Origin: an uncultured Acidimicrobiaceae bacterium
GTDB lineage: Bacteria > Actinomycetota > Acidimicrobiia > Acidimicrobiales > Salinilacustritrichaceae
Reading direction: 5' to 3'
Length of the DNA: 64,000 nt
NCBI GenBank assembly: GCA_964497795.1
Contig: CAZCEZ010000007.1
Location: 3,655 to 67,654 of the forward strand
Of this stretch, positions 1 to 9,185 are shown one piece after another. Position numbers and translations under genes: made by a program. The number at the start of each line of letters is the position of its first letter. The stretch's first letter is position 1. Under the pieces are notes generated by a model, which saw nothing but the letters and a program-made list of their open reading frames with translations, ran no database searches and had not been told where the DNA came from.

Positions 1-821
1 TCGAGGTCGGCGGCACCGAGGACGTGCAGGGCCGTGGCCCAGTCGATCGTCTCGGCCACGCCCGGGGGCTTGTAGAGCCCCGCGCCGCGCAGCTCCGCGG
101 TCGCCGTGGCCACCGCCCGCGCCAGCCGCTCCCCCACCCCCGGCACCCGGGAGCGGACGATGGCGACCTCGCGCTCGAGGTCGGGGTGGTCGACCCAGTG
201 GTAGAGGCAGCGCCGCTTGAGGGCGTCGTGCACGTCGCGGGTCCGGTTGGACGTGATCACGACCAGCGGCGGGACCTCGGCGTGGAACGTGCCGAGCTCG
301 GGCACGGTGACCGTGTAGTCCGACAGCATCTCGAGCAGGAACGCCTCGAACTCGTCGTCGGCCCGGTCGACCTCGTCGATGAGCAGCACCGGCGGCGGCC
401 CGTCCCGGTGCCGGACGGCGGCGAGCACCGGGCGGGACACGAGGAACCGCTCGTCGTAGAGCTCGTCCTCGAGGGCGGCGACCTCGGCACCGGCAGCCAC
501 GCCGGCCGCCTCGGCGGCACGCAGGTGGAGCAGCTGGCGGGCGTGGTCCCACTCGTAGACGGCCTGGCGCACGTCGAGGCCCTCGTAGCACTGGAGCCGG
601 AGCAGCTCTCCCCCGGTCCACCGGGACAGGACCTTGGCCACCTCGGTCTTGCCGACGCCGGCGTCGCCCTCGAGCAGCAGCGGGCGGCGCAGGCGCAGGG
701 CGAGCAGCACCACGGTCGCCAGGCCCTCGTCGGGGAGGTAGCCGTGGGCCTCGAGCGCGGCGCGCACCGCGGGCACGTCGAGCGCGTCGGGGTCCGTTCC
801 GGTGGCGTCGGGCTCGGGCAC
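1..821 (-). CDS. MoxR/CbbQ-type AAA+ ATPase (AAA_5-like), C-terminus cut by window edge
   Basis: Own minus-strand translation from GTG at 821. It is absent from the ORF track because there is no stop inside the window. Motifs: Walker A 'LLLEGDAGVGKTEVAK', 'LLRLQCYEGLD', Walker B 'PVLLIDEVDRADDEFEAFLLE', 'VVITSNRTRD'. The N-terminal two thirds of + ORF 24..1256 is its antisense shadow. Confidence 0.8.
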   Translation of the reverse strand, partial: MPEPDATGTDPDALDVPAVRAALEAHGYLPDEGLATVVLLALRLRRPLLLEGDAGVGKTEVAKVLSRWTGGELLRLQCYEGLDVRQAVYEWDHARQLLHLRAAEAAGVAAGAEVAALEDELYDERFLVSRPVLAAVRHRDGPPPVLLIDEVDRADDEFEAFLLEMLSDYTVTVPELGTFHAEVPPLVVITSNRTRDVHDALKRRCLYHWVDHPDLEREVAIVRSRVPGVGERLARAVATATAELRGAGLYKPPGVAETIDWATALHVLGAADL

Positions 822-944
822 GTCCCGCAGGCTACGGGCCGCCGGCGGCGCCCGGCCCGCCGACCGGGCACGACCCCCCGTCTCGGGCCGGTTGCTACGG
901 TCCCCGCACCACCGGGCCGACCGGGCCGGGGACACACGAGGGGG

Positions 945-1256
945 ATGGCCGTGGGCCTGCGCCACGTCGTCACGCTGACGTTCCGAGACGAGACCACCGA
1001 CGCGACCGTGGAGGAGATCCTCGCCGCGCTGCGGGCGCTGCCCGACCGCATCGCGGAGATCCAGGGCTACGTGGTCGGCGCCGACGTCGGCGTCGCCCGG
1101 GGCGTGGCCGAGGGCAACGCCAGCCTCGCCATCGTGGGCGACTTCGCGTCGACCGAGGACTACGTCGCCTACCGGGACCACCCGGCCCACGGCGAGGTCA
1201 TCCAGATGATCCTGCCCCACCTCGCCGCCCGCAGCGCCGTGCAGCACGAGACCTGA
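945..1256 (+). CDS. Dabb (stress-responsive alpha/beta barrel) family protein, 103 aa
   Basis: ATG at 945 inside ORF 24..1256. 'LRHVVTLTFRDETTDATVEEILAALRALP...IQGYVVGADV...GDFASTEDYVAYRDHPAH' is the typical Dabb pattern. Confidence 0.8.
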   Translation: MAVGLRHVVTLTFRDETTDATVEEILAALRALPDRIAEIQGYVVGADVGVARGVAEGNASLAIVGDFASTEDYVAYRDHPAHGEVIQMILPHLAARSAVQHET

Positions 1257-1327
1257 CCCGCCGGGGCCTCTCCTGCCAGCCAGACCCAGCCCAGCCCGAC
1301 CCAGCCCCGCCGACCCTGGAGCCCACC

Positions 1328-2449
1328 GTGTCCGCCGAGACCGCCCTCCCGCCCCTCGTCACCGACCCCGCCGCCGTCACGCCGGCGTGGCTCACCACCG
1401 CCCTCCGCCGCTCCGGCGCCCTCGCCGGCGGCGCGGTGGTGGACGTCTCCGCCGAGCCGGTGGGCACGGGCCAGGTCGGCGACTCGATCCGCTTCCACCT
1501 GACCTACGACGAGGCAGCCACCGGCCCCGGCGACGCGGCACCGCCCGCCACGGTGGTCGGCAAGTTCCCGGCCCAGGACGAGACGTCGCGGGCCGCTGGC
1601 ACCGCGACGCGCACCTACGAGGTCGAGCACCACTTCTACGTCGAGCTCCGCCACCGGGTGGACATCACCACCCCCCGACCGCACCTGGCGCTGTTCGACC
1701 CGGCGACCCACGACTTCGTGCTGCTCATGGACGACCTCGCGCCGGCCGAGCAGGGCGACCAGATCGCCGGCTGCGACGCCGACACCGCCGCGCTGGCGAT
1801 GGAGGAGATCGCCAAGCTGCACGCCCCGGTGTGGGGCGAGCCGGGCCTGGCCTCGCTCCCCTGGCTGAACCGGTCCAGCCCGGAGGGCGTGGCCGGCTAC
1901 AAGGACCTCATGCGGATGCTGGTGCCCGGCTTCCTCGAGCGCTACGCCGGGCGCCTCCACGACGACGTCGCCGGCGTGGTCGGCCAGATCCTGGAGCGCC
2001 TCGACGACGTGTTCGTCCTCCCCGACGAGCCCCGCACCGCGGTCCACGGCGACTACCGGCTCGACAACATCCTCTACGGCACGCCCGAGTCCACCGCGGC
2101 GGGCGACCCGGCCCAGATCACCGTGGACTGGCAGACCGTGTCGCTCGGCCCCGCCATGTCCGACGTCGCCTACTTCCTCGGCACCAGCCTCGACCCCGCC
2201 CTGCGGGCCTCGGTCGAGCGGGACCTGGTCAAGGAGCACCACCGGACCCTGCAGGCCGGCGGCGTGCGCGACGTGAGCCTGGACTGGTGCTGGGAGGGCT
2301 ACCGGCGCAACGCGCTCGCCGGGCTGCTCATGGCGATCCTGGCCTCGATGCTGGTCGGCCAGACCGACCGGGGCGACGAGATGTTCATGGCCATGGCCAA
2401 CCGGTCCGGCCGCCTGGCCCTCGACCTCGAGACCCTCGACGCCCTCTAG
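1328..2449 (+). CDS. Phosphotransferase enzyme family protein (APH/EcKL-like kinase fold)
   Basis: ORF track, GTG start. Catalytic-loop motif 'VHGDYRLDNILYG' and 'DWQTVSLGPAMSDVAYFL' are typical of the aminoglycoside/choline kinase-like fold. Confidence 0.75.
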   Translation: MSAETALPPLVTDPAAVTPAWLTTALRRSGALAGGAVVDVSAEPVGTGQVGDSIRFHLTYDEAATGPGDAAPPATVVGKFPAQDETSRAAGTATRTYEVEHHFYVELRHRVDITTPRPHLALFDPATHDFVLLMDDLAPAEQGDQIAGCDADTAALAMEEIAKLHAPVWGEPGLASLPWLNRSSPEGVAGYKDLMRMLVPGFLERYAGRLHDDVAGVVGQILERLDDVFVLPDEPRTAVHGDYRLDNILYGTPESTAAGDPAQITVDWQTVSLGPAMSDVAYFLGTSLDPALRASVERDLVKEHHRTLQAGGVRDVSLDWCWEGYRRNALAGLLMAILASMLVGQTDRGDEMFMAMANRSGRLALDLETLDAL

Positions 2450-2485
2450 GTCCTCGGGGTCCGGTCCGCCGGGCCCCGGGACGCG

Positions 2486-2520
2486 CCACGCCCGGGGCAC
2501 CGACGGCGCCCCGGGCGTGG
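2486..2520. terminator. Hairpin between convergent kinase-like gene and katG (13-bp GC stem, 9-nt loop)
   Basis: CCACGCCCGGGGC (2486-2498) pairs perfectly with GCCCCGGGCGTGG (2508-2520). No U-tract, as is common in high-GC actinobacteria. Confidence 0.5.
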
Positions 2521-2534
2521 TCTCCCATCCTGAT

Positions 2535-2554
2535 CCGGCTCGGCGGGCGAGCCG
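2535..2554 (-). terminator. Small hairpin 9 nt downstream of katG stop
   Basis: CCGGCTCG-GCGG-CGAGCCGG, perfect 8-bp stem. Confidence 0.35.
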
Positions 2555-2562
2555 GTCGGGCG

Positions 2563-4749
2563 TCACCGCAGGTCGAAGCGGTCGTTCTCCATCACCTTCA
2601 CGAAGGCGTCGACGAAGGTCTCGATCATCCGGTCCTCGCCGCCGGCGGCGGCGTACTCCTCGGCGATCGCCCGGAGCTGGCTGTTCGAGCCGAACACCAG
2701 GTCGACCCGCGACCCGGTCCAGCGCTGCTCGCCGGTGGCCCGGTCCTTGCCGACGAAGCTGTCCTCGCCCTCGCCCACCGGCTCCCACGCCGTGCCCATG
2801 TCGAGCAGGTTGACGAAGAAGTCGTTGGTGAGCTGGCCGGGGCGCTCGGTGAGCACGCCGGTGTCGTCGCCACCCGCGTTGGCGCCGATGGCCCGCATGC
2901 CGCCGACGAGGGCGGTCATCTCCGGGGCGGTCAGCCGGAGCATGAACGCCTTGTCGATGAGCAGGTGCTCGGCCGGGACCGCGCCCGCCTTCTGCTGGTA
3001 GTTGCGGAAGCCGTCGGCCGTGGGCTCCAGGTACTGGAAGGTGTCGACCTCGGTCATCTCCTGGGTGGCGTCGGTGCGACCGGGGCGGAACGGGACGGTG
3101 ATGTCCCTGCCCGCCGCGGCAGCGGCCATCTCGACGCCGGCGGAGCCGGCCAGCACGATCGTGTCGGCGAGCGACACGTTCAGGCCGGAGGCGTCCCTGA
3201 CCTCCCGCAGCTTGGCGACGATCCCCGAGATGCCCGAGCGGATGTTGACGTCCCAGTCGGTCTGGGGCGACAGGGCGATCCGGGCGCCGTTGGCACCGCC
3301 GCGGTGGTCGGTCTGCCGGTAGGTCGAGGCCGATGCCCACGCCACCGAGACGAGCTCGGCGGCGGACAGGCCGGAGTCCTTGATGGCCTGCTTGAGCGTG
3401 GCGATGCCGGACTCGCCGATCAGCTCGCCCTCGTGGGCGGGCACCGGGTCCTGCCAGAGGAGGACCTCGTCCGGGACCTGCGGGCCGAGGTACCGGTCGC
3501 GGGGTCCCATGTCGCGGTGCAGCAGCTTGAACCAGGCCCGGGCGAACTCGTCGGCGAGGACGTCGGGGTTCTCGTGGAACTCCTTGGAGATCTCGAGGTA
3601 CGCCGGGTCCGTGATCAGGGCCATGTCGGCCGTGGACATCGTCGGCGGGGTCTCGGGGGCGCCGGGCTGGACCGGCGGCACCATGAAGCCCTCCTTGACC
3701 TCGACCGGCTGCCACTGCTTGTGGCCCGCCGGGGACTCGACCAGCTCCCACTCGTGGGCGAAGATCGTCTCGAGGTACTTGTTGTCCCACTGCGTCGGCG
3801 TGGGCGTCCAGGCACCCTCGAAGCCCGACGTGGTCGTGTCGGCACCCATGCCGGTGCCGTGGCTGTTGGTCCAGCCGAAGCCCTGCTGGTGCAGCGGGGC
3901 GCCCTCGGGCTCGGCCTCGACCGAGGGCTCGGGGCCGGCACCGTGCATCTTGCCGAAGGTGTGGCCGCCGACGGTCAGGGCGACGGTCTCGCGGTCGTTC
4001 ATCGCCATCCGACCGAAGGTCTGGCGGATGTCGTGGGCCGACTTCATGGCGTCCGGGACGCCGTTGGGGCCCTCGGGGTTCACGTAGATGAGGCCCATCT
4101 GGACCGCGGCGAGCGAGCCGAGCAGCTCGCTGTCACCGTTCTCGAAGGTGCCGGCGTAGCGGTCCTTCTCGTCCAGCCACTCGTCCTCGGGACCCCAGTA
4201 GATGTCGTCCTCGGGGGCGAAGATGTCGGGCCGTCCGAAGCCGAAGCCGAACGTGCGGAAGCCCATCGTCTCCAGGGCGCGGTTGCCGACGAAGACGAAC
4301 AGGTCGGCCCAGGAGACCGCGGCGCCGTACTTCTGCTTGATCGGCCAGAGCAGGCGGCGGGCCTTGTCGAGGTTGCCGTTGTCGGGCCAGGAGTTCAGGG
4401 GGGCGAAGCGCTGGGCACCGGTCCCGCCGCCGCCGCGACCGTCGTGCTGGCGGTAGGTGCCGGCAGCGTGCCACGACATGCGGATGAAGAAGCCGCCGTA
4501 GTGGCCCCAGTCGGCCGGCCACCAGTCCTTCGAGTCGGTCATCAGGGCGTCGACGTCCCGGGCGAGCTCGTCGACGTCGACGGTGGCGAACGCCTCGGCG
4601 TAGTCGAAGTCACCCAGCGGCGTGGAGCCCGGGTGGTTCTGGTGGAGGATCCTGAGGTTCAGTGCGTTCGGCCACCACTGGTCGTTGCCTCGGGCCTCGG
4701 GCGACGTGCGGGCGCCCCACTCGGGGCGGAAGGTCGGGCTGTCGGACAC
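2563..4749 (-). CDS. katG: Catalase-peroxidase KatG (728 aa)
   Basis: '[19 protein letters not shown]', '[26 protein letters not shown]', '[16 protein letters not shown]'. Start trimmed from ORF 2563..4863 to the GTG at 4749, which has AGGAGG 5 nt upstream (rc of 4755-4760). Confidence 0.95.
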   Translation of the reverse strand: MSDSPTFRPEWGARTSPEARGNDQWWPNALNLRILHQNHPGSTPLGDFDYAEAFATVDVDELARDVDALMTDSKDWWPADWGHYGGFFIRMSWHAAGTYRQHDGRGGGGTGAQRFAPLNSWPDNGNLDKARRLLWPIKQKYGAAVSWADLFVFVGNRALETMGFRTFGFGFGRPDIFAPEDDIYWGPEDEWLDEKDRYAGTFENGDSELLGSLAAVQMGLIYVNPEGPNGVPDAMKSAHDIRQTFGRMAMNDRETVALTVGGHTFGKMHGAGPEPSVEAEPEGAPLHQQGFGWTNSHGTGMGADTTTSGFEGAWTPTPTQWDNKYLETIFAHEWELVESPAGHKQWQPVEVKEGFMVPPVQPGAPETPPTMSTADMALITDPAYLEISKEFHENPDVLADEFARAWFKLLHRDMGPRDRYLGPQVPDEVLLWQDPVPAHEGELIGESGIATLKQAIKDSGLSAAELVSVAWASASTYRQTDHRGGANGARIALSPQTDWDVNIRSGISGIVAKLREVRDASGLNVSLADTIVLAGSAGVEMAAAAAGRDITVPFRPGRTDATQEMTEVDTFQYLEPTADGFRNYQQKAGAVPAEHLLIDKAFMLRLTAPEMTALVGGMRAIGANAGGDDTGVLTERPGQLTNDFFVNLLDMGTAWEPVGEGEDSFVGKDRATGEQRWTGSRVDLVFGSNSQLRAIAEEYAAAGGEDRMIETFVDAFVKVMENDRFDLR

Positions 4750-4952
4750 GGATGTCCTCCTACGGGTCGGGACGTCGGATGGGACCGGCTCGCTCCCCCC
4801 GGAGGTGTCCCCTGACGGGGAGCCGGTGATCACAGCATGTCGAATGGGAAGAGCCGTCACCACAAGTAGCGACTATGACGTCGATCGGTGCCGACGTTCC
4901 CCCGCCGAGCTGCCCGGACAGCATGCCCTGCCGCGGCACCGGTGCGCGTCCG

Positions 4953-6224
4953 TCAGGCGAGCGGGAGGCCCCGGGGCGCGTCCGGGGCACCGGCGGGCAC
5001 CTCGTCGAGGACGAGCACGTCGACCTCGCCGCCGGCCTCGACGCCGTCGCCGTCGGGGAGCACGGCGAGCGCACGGGCCGCGGCCATGGCCGCCAGCTGG
5101 TGGCTCCCCTGCCCGCCCGCCGAGGCGACGTGGACCCGGCCGTCCACGCCGACGGTCGCCGCGACGCGGGCGAAGTGCGTCTTGCCGTCGGGCCGCCGGT
5201 CGAGGGCCTCGTCGGCCACGGCCCGGACCAGGGGGCGGTCGATGGAGGTGTGGCCCATGGCCCGGCGCAGCGCCGGGCGGCCGAGGAGCTCGAAGGACAC
5301 CATCGAGGACACCGGGTTGCCGGGGAACCCGAACACCGGCACCGGCGTGCCGTCGGCGCGGGCCACGGTACCGAACGCGAAGGGCTTGGCGGGCTTGATG
5401 GCGATCTGCATCCAGGTCATGTCGCCGATGCGGTCGAGGACCACCTTCACGAGGTCGATGTCGCCCATCGACACCCCGCCCGAGGTCAGCACGGCGTCGC
5501 ACGTGGCCACGCCCCGCTCGATGGCGGCGGTGATGGCCCCCTCCTCGTCCCGCGCGATGCCGAGGTCGACGACGTCGCAGCCCGCCTCGGCGGCCAGGGC
5601 CAGCAGGGTCGCCCGGTTCGAGTCCCGGATCTGGCCCGGGGCGAGCGGCCCGCCGCCCTCGACGAGCTCGTCGCCGGTGGAGCAGACGCCGACGGTCAGG
5701 CGGCGCCGGACGGCGACCTCGTCGGCGCCCACGCTGAGCAGCACGCCGAGGTGCGCGGGGCGCACGACGGTCCCGGCGGGGAACACGACCGTGCCCGGGA
5801 CGAGGTCGTCGCCCGCCGGTCGGACGTGGTTGCCGACCGGGACCTCGATCTCGACGTCGACGACCTCGCCGCCGCCCGAGGTCCGGGACGAGGTCCGCTC
5901 GACCATCACGACGGCGTCGGCGCCCTCGGGCATCGGGGCGCCCGTGAAGATCCGGCTGGCCTGCCCGGGCCCGACCGCAGCGGTCGGGGCGTGGCCGGCG
6001 GCGATCGTCTCCACCACCTCGAGGGTGACCGGCGCCCCCGCCGTGTCCGCGGCGCGGACCGCGTAGCCGTCCATGGCCGTGTTGGCGAAGGGCGGGACGG
6101 CCTCGTCGGTCGTGACGTCGGCGGCGAGCACCAGGCCGAGGGCCTCGGCGGTCGGGACGGTGACCACGGGCGCGTCCGGCACCCGGTCCAGCACGTGGCG
6201 GCGAGCGTCGCCCAGGTCCCACAC
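4953..6224 (-). CDS. moeA: Molybdopterin molybdenumtransferase MoeA
   Basis: 'PPFANTAMDGYAVRAAD', 'RIFTGAPMPEGADAVVMVE', 'VLTSGGVSMGDIDLVK', 'GFPGNPVSSMVSFELL'. Confidence 0.9.
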   Translation of the reverse strand: MWDLGDARRHVLDRVPDAPVVTVPTAEALGLVLAADVTTDEAVPPFANTAMDGYAVRAADTAGAPVTLEVVETIAAGHAPTAAVGPGQASRIFTGAPMPEGADAVVMVERTSSRTSGGGEVVDVEIEVPVGNHVRPAGDDLVPGTVVFPAGTVVRPAHLGVLLSVGADEVAVRRRLTVGVCSTGDELVEGGGPLAPGQIRDSNRATLLALAAEAGCDVVDLGIARDEEGAITAAIERGVATCDAVLTSGGVSMGDIDLVKVVLDRIGDMTWMQIAIKPAKPFAFGTVARADGTPVPVFGFPGNPVSSMVSFELLGRPALRRAMGHTSIDRPLVRAVADEALDRRPDGKTHFARVAATVGVDGRVHVASAGGQGSHQLAAMAAARALAVLPDGDGVEAGGEVDVLVLDEVPAGAPDAPRGLPLA

Positions 6225-6230
6225 GGCGGC

Positions 6231-7133
6231 TCAGGCCCTCTCGTCGGCGGGGGCGGGGACGCGGGCGACGAGCCAGGACGCGATCGCGTCCACGGCGGCC
6301 GTGGCCTCGGGCACGACGGGGGCGAGCAGCTGGAACACGTGCCACAGCCCGTCGTGGACGACGAGGTCGACGGCGACGCCCGCCGCCTCGGCCCGCTCGG
6401 CGAGGGTGCGGGCGTCGTCGAGGAGCCGCTCCGTCGACGTGGCCTCGACCCGCATCGGGGGGAGTCCGGCGAGGTCGGCGAGCGCGGGCGACAGGAGCGG
6501 GTCGGCCGGGTCGACGGCACCGGCGTAGGCGTCGCGCCAGGCGGCGAGGTTGGCGCCGATGATCGGATCGCTCGCCTCGTTCGCCGCCATCGAGGGACCC
6601 GACAGCGTCAGGTCGGCCCACGGGGACAGGGCCACGACCGCGGCGGGCATCGGCAGCCCCTGCTCCCGTGCGGCCAGGCAGGTGGCCACGACCGCGCCGC
6701 CGCCGGCCGACTCGCCCACGAGGGCGACGCGCTCGGGGCCGGTGACCTCGAGCAGGCCCCGGTACGCGGCGACGCAGTCGTCGAGGGCGGCGGGGAACGG
6801 GTGCTCGGGGGCGAGGCGGTACTCCACGGAGTGGACGCTGGCCCCCACCCGGTCGGCGAGCTCGCCGATCCAGCCCCGGGATCCCTTCGCCGAGCCGATC
6901 ACGTAGCCGCCGCTGTGGACGTGGAGCAGGTGGCGAGTCGGGGTGACGGCCCTGGGCACCGCCCGCCAGCACGGGACGCCACCGAGCTCGACCGGGTCGG
7001 TGTGGACGCGGCGGTTCGGCGGGGCGGCCACCCGGTCCAGGCGTCGCCGGGCGGCGAGGTGGTCGGTCTCGTCGCGGTCGACGAGGCGGGCGGCGATGCG
7101 CAGTGCGGCGCGGGCGCGGAGGCTGGGCGACAC
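6231..7133 (-). CDS. Alpha/beta hydrolase fold-3 esterase/lipase (HSL-like)
   Basis: Oxyanion-type 'HVHSGGYVIGS', nucleophile elbow 'LVGESAGGG', C-terminal 'HDGLWHVF'. Confidence 0.8.
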   Translation of the reverse strand: MSPSLRARAALRIAARLVDRDETDHLAARRRLDRVAAPPNRRVHTDPVELGGVPCWRAVPRAVTPTRHLLHVHSGGYVIGSAKGSRGWIGELADRVGASVHSVEYRLAPEHPFPAALDDCVAAYRGLLEVTGPERVALVGESAGGGAVVATCLAAREQGLPMPAAVVALSPWADLTLSGPSMAANEASDPIIGANLAAWRDAYAGAVDPADPLLSPALADLAGLPPMRVEATSTERLLDDARTLAERAEAAGVAVDLVVHDGLWHVFQLLAPVVPEATAAVDAIASWLVARVPAPADERA

Positions 7134-7154
7134 GGGTGCTCCCGGGAGGTCGGG

Positions 7155-8030
7155 TCAGTCGAGGGTGGCCACGAAGGCCTTGAGGTACTCGCGGAAGGCG
7201 GGGCCGAGGTCGTCGCGCATGCAGGCGATCTCGACGGTGGCCTTGAGGTAGTCGAGGGGCTTGCCGCAGTCGTAGCGGCCCTCGCTGAAGGCGTAGCCGA
7301 CCACCTTCTGGGTCTGGTTGAGCAGGCCGATGGCGTCGGTGATCTGGATCTCGTCGCCCTTGCCCGGAGGCGTCTCGCGGATGGCGTCGAAGATCTCGGG
7401 CGTGAACACGTAGCGCCCGATGACGGCCAGGTTGGAGGGCGCCTCCTCGGGTGCGGGCTTCTCGACGATCTCGGTGAACCCGAACAGGTTGTCGGCGATC
7501 GGCTCGGGCCGGATGCAGCCGTAGGAGGAGATCTCGTGCGGCTCGACCTCGAGCAGGGCGATGACCGAGCCGGCGTAGGTCTCGTGCGTCTCGATCATCC
7601 CCCGCAGCAGGGCGCCGCCGTCGACCTGGATGTCGTCGCCGAGCAGCACGGCGAAGGGCTCGCCCCCCACGTGGCGCTCGGCGACGCCGATGGCATGGCC
7701 GAGGCCCTTGGCCACGCCCTGGCGCACGAAGTGGATGTCGCACAGCTCGGCCAGGCCCCGGACCTGCTCGAGCTCGGCGGTCTTGCCCTTGGCCTCGAGC
7801 TGGGCCTCGAGGCCGGCGAGGCGGTCGAAGTGGTCGCCGATGGCGGACTTGCCGTCGCTGTCGACGATGAGCACGTCCTCGATGCCGGCGGCCACGCACT
7901 CCTCGACGATGTACTGGATCGTCGGCTTGTCCACGACCGGCACCATCTCCTTGGGCACGGCCTTGGAGGCGGGCAGGAAGCGGGTGCCGAGGCCGGCGGC
8001 GGGGATCACGGCGGTGCGCACGGGTGCCAT
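7155..8030 (-). CDS. galU: UTP--glucose-1-phosphate uridylyltransferase GalU
   Basis: ATG at 8030 inside ORF 7155..8861. 'AVIPAAGLGTRFLPASKAVPKEMVPVVDKPTIQYIVEE', 'VLLGDD', 'IVEKP'. Confidence 0.9.
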   Translation of the reverse strand: MAPVRTAVIPAAGLGTRFLPASKAVPKEMVPVVDKPTIQYIVEECVAAGIEDVLIVDSDGKSAIGDHFDRLAGLEAQLEAKGKTAELEQVRGLAELCDIHFVRQGVAKGLGHAIGVAERHVGGEPFAVLLGDDIQVDGGALLRGMIETHETYAGSVIALLEVEPHEISSYGCIRPEPIADNLFGFTEIVEKPAPEEAPSNLAVIGRYVFTPEIFDAIRETPPGKGDEIQITDAIGLLNQTQKVVGYAFSEGRYDCGKPLDYLKATVEIACMRDDLGPAFREYLKAFVATLD

Positions 8031-8086
8031 GCGCTCTTTCCTAGCCGACGCGCCCAGCGACGACGACCGGCCCGGCGACGCCCACC

Positions 8087-8683
8087 TCAGCCGGGCTCGC
8101 GCCCCACGCCGGACTCCTCGCCCCGCAGCAGGCGGGCGATGTTCGTGCGGTGGCGGACCACGATCACGGCGGCCAGGGCGGCCCCGACGCCGACCTCGCA
8201 GGCCGTCTGGCCGAGCGCCAGCTGCACGAGCGGGATGGCGGCGCAGGCCACGATCGAGCCGACGGCGGCCTTGCCCGTCACCTTGACCAGCACGGCGAAC
8301 AGGGCCCCCAGCACCAGCGCACCGAGCGGCGCGCACACCAGGCCGACCCCGCCGACGGTGGCGACGCCCTTGCCGCCCCGCAACCCGCGGGTGACCGGCC
8401 ACAGGTGGCCGGCGACGGCGGCGGCACCGGCGAACCAGGCCAGCGTGCGGCCGTCCACGACGTAGCCGAGCCCGGCGGCGAGCGCGCCCTTGCCGGCGTC
8501 GCCGAGGAGGACCACGGCACCGGCCCGCACCCCGCCCAGACGGGTGCTGTTCGAGGCGCCCGGGTTCCCCGAGCCGGTCGTCGTCGGGTCGAAGCCGAGG
8601 CGACGCCCGACGAGCACGGCGGTCGGGAAGGTGCCGAGCAGGTAGGACGCCACGATCACGGCGACCACTCCGACGGCGTCCAT
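8087..8683 (-). CDS. plsY: Glycerol-3-phosphate acyltransferase PlsY
   Basis: ATG at 8683 inside ORF 8087..8836. 'GSGNPGASNSTRLGG', 'LLGDAGKGALA', 'AGHLWPVTRGLRGGKGVAT'. Confidence 0.9.
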   Translation of the reverse strand: MDAVGVVAVIVASYLLGTFPTAVLVGRRLGFDPTTTGSGNPGASNSTRLGGVRAGAVVLLGDAGKGALAAGLGYVVDGRTLAWFAGAAAVAGHLWPVTRGLRGGKGVATVGGVGLVCAPLGALVLGALFAVLVKVTGKAAVGSIVACAAIPLVQLALGQTACEVGVGAALAAVIVVRHRTNIARLLRGEESGVGREPG

Positions 8684-8853
8684 GGCGGGAGCGTAGGCCC
8701 GGGCCCCGACCCCGCACCCAGCCCGCGGCCGCCGGGTTGGACGGCACCCCGCCCCCGACCGGTATCGTTGGCACTCGCGGGGCGAGAGTGCCAGCCACCC
8801 CGCTCGCCCGTGGGAGGAGCCACGCGGCGACGTCACGACACCCGGAGCACGCG

Positions 8854-9183
8854 ATGCCCACCTATGAGTACCGCTGCAAGGCCTGCGGCCACGAGCTCGA
8901 GGTCCAGCAGTCCTTCAGCGACGACCCGCTCGAGACCTGCCCCGAGTGCGAGGGTCAGCTGAAGAAGGTGTACGGCAACGTCGGCATCTCCTTCAAGGGA
9001 TCGGGCTTCTACAAGAACGACGCCCGCGGCTCGTCGAAGACCACGTCGACCCCGTCCTCGAAGAGCGACTCGTCCTCGACGTCGTCGACGAGCGACTCGT
9101 CGTCCTCGAAGAGCGACTCGCCCTCGAAGAGCGACTCGTCGTCGAGCTCGTCGACCGGCTCGGCCGCGGCCGCCTCGGACTGA
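8854..9183 (+). CDS. FmdB-family zinc-ribbon protein (CxxC...CxxC) with Ser-rich tail
   Basis: 'MPTYEYRCKACGHELEVQQSFSDDPLETCPECEGQLKKV'. ATG at 8854. The tail is 'SSKSDSSSTSSTSDSSSSKSDSPSKSDSSSSSS'. Confidence 0.8.
   Translation: MPTYEYRCKACGHELEVQQSFSDDPLETCPECEGQLKKVYGNVGISFKGSGFYKNDARGSSKTTSTPSSKSDSSSTSSTSDSSSSKSDSPSKSDSSSSSSTGSAAAASD
9055..9140 (+). repeat. Three copies of CTCGAAGAGCGACTCG inside the FmdB tail (two in 18-nt tandem)
   Basis: Copies start near 9057, 9105 and 9123 and encode the repeated 'SKSDS'. Confidence 0.7.
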
Positions 9184-9185
9184 GC

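Noticed and set aside
24-944. N-terminal 307 codons of plus ORF 24..1256
   Set aside because: This is the antisense of the MoxR-type ATPase I translated on the minus strand. The real plus gene starts at 945 (Dabb).
1276-1316. Period-5 C-rich tract (CAGCC AGACC CAGCC CAGCC CGACC CAGCC) between Dabb and the kinase-like gene
   Set aside because: Short, imperfect and compositionally expected in a C-rich spacer. It has no coding or structural consequence that I can support.
4873-8465. 1008-aa (-) and 1196-aa (+) ORFs spanning moeA, the hydrolase and galU
   Set aside because: The same high-GC artefact. The true genes are in other frames with clear family motifs.
8768-8792. TTGGCAC...  sigma-54-like -24 element / hairpin upstream of fmdB
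   Set aside because: No TTGC -12 element at the correct spacing, and sigma-54 is generally absent from actinobacteria. What remains is only a 7-bp inverted repeat (GGCACTC/GAGTGCC) of uncertain meaning.
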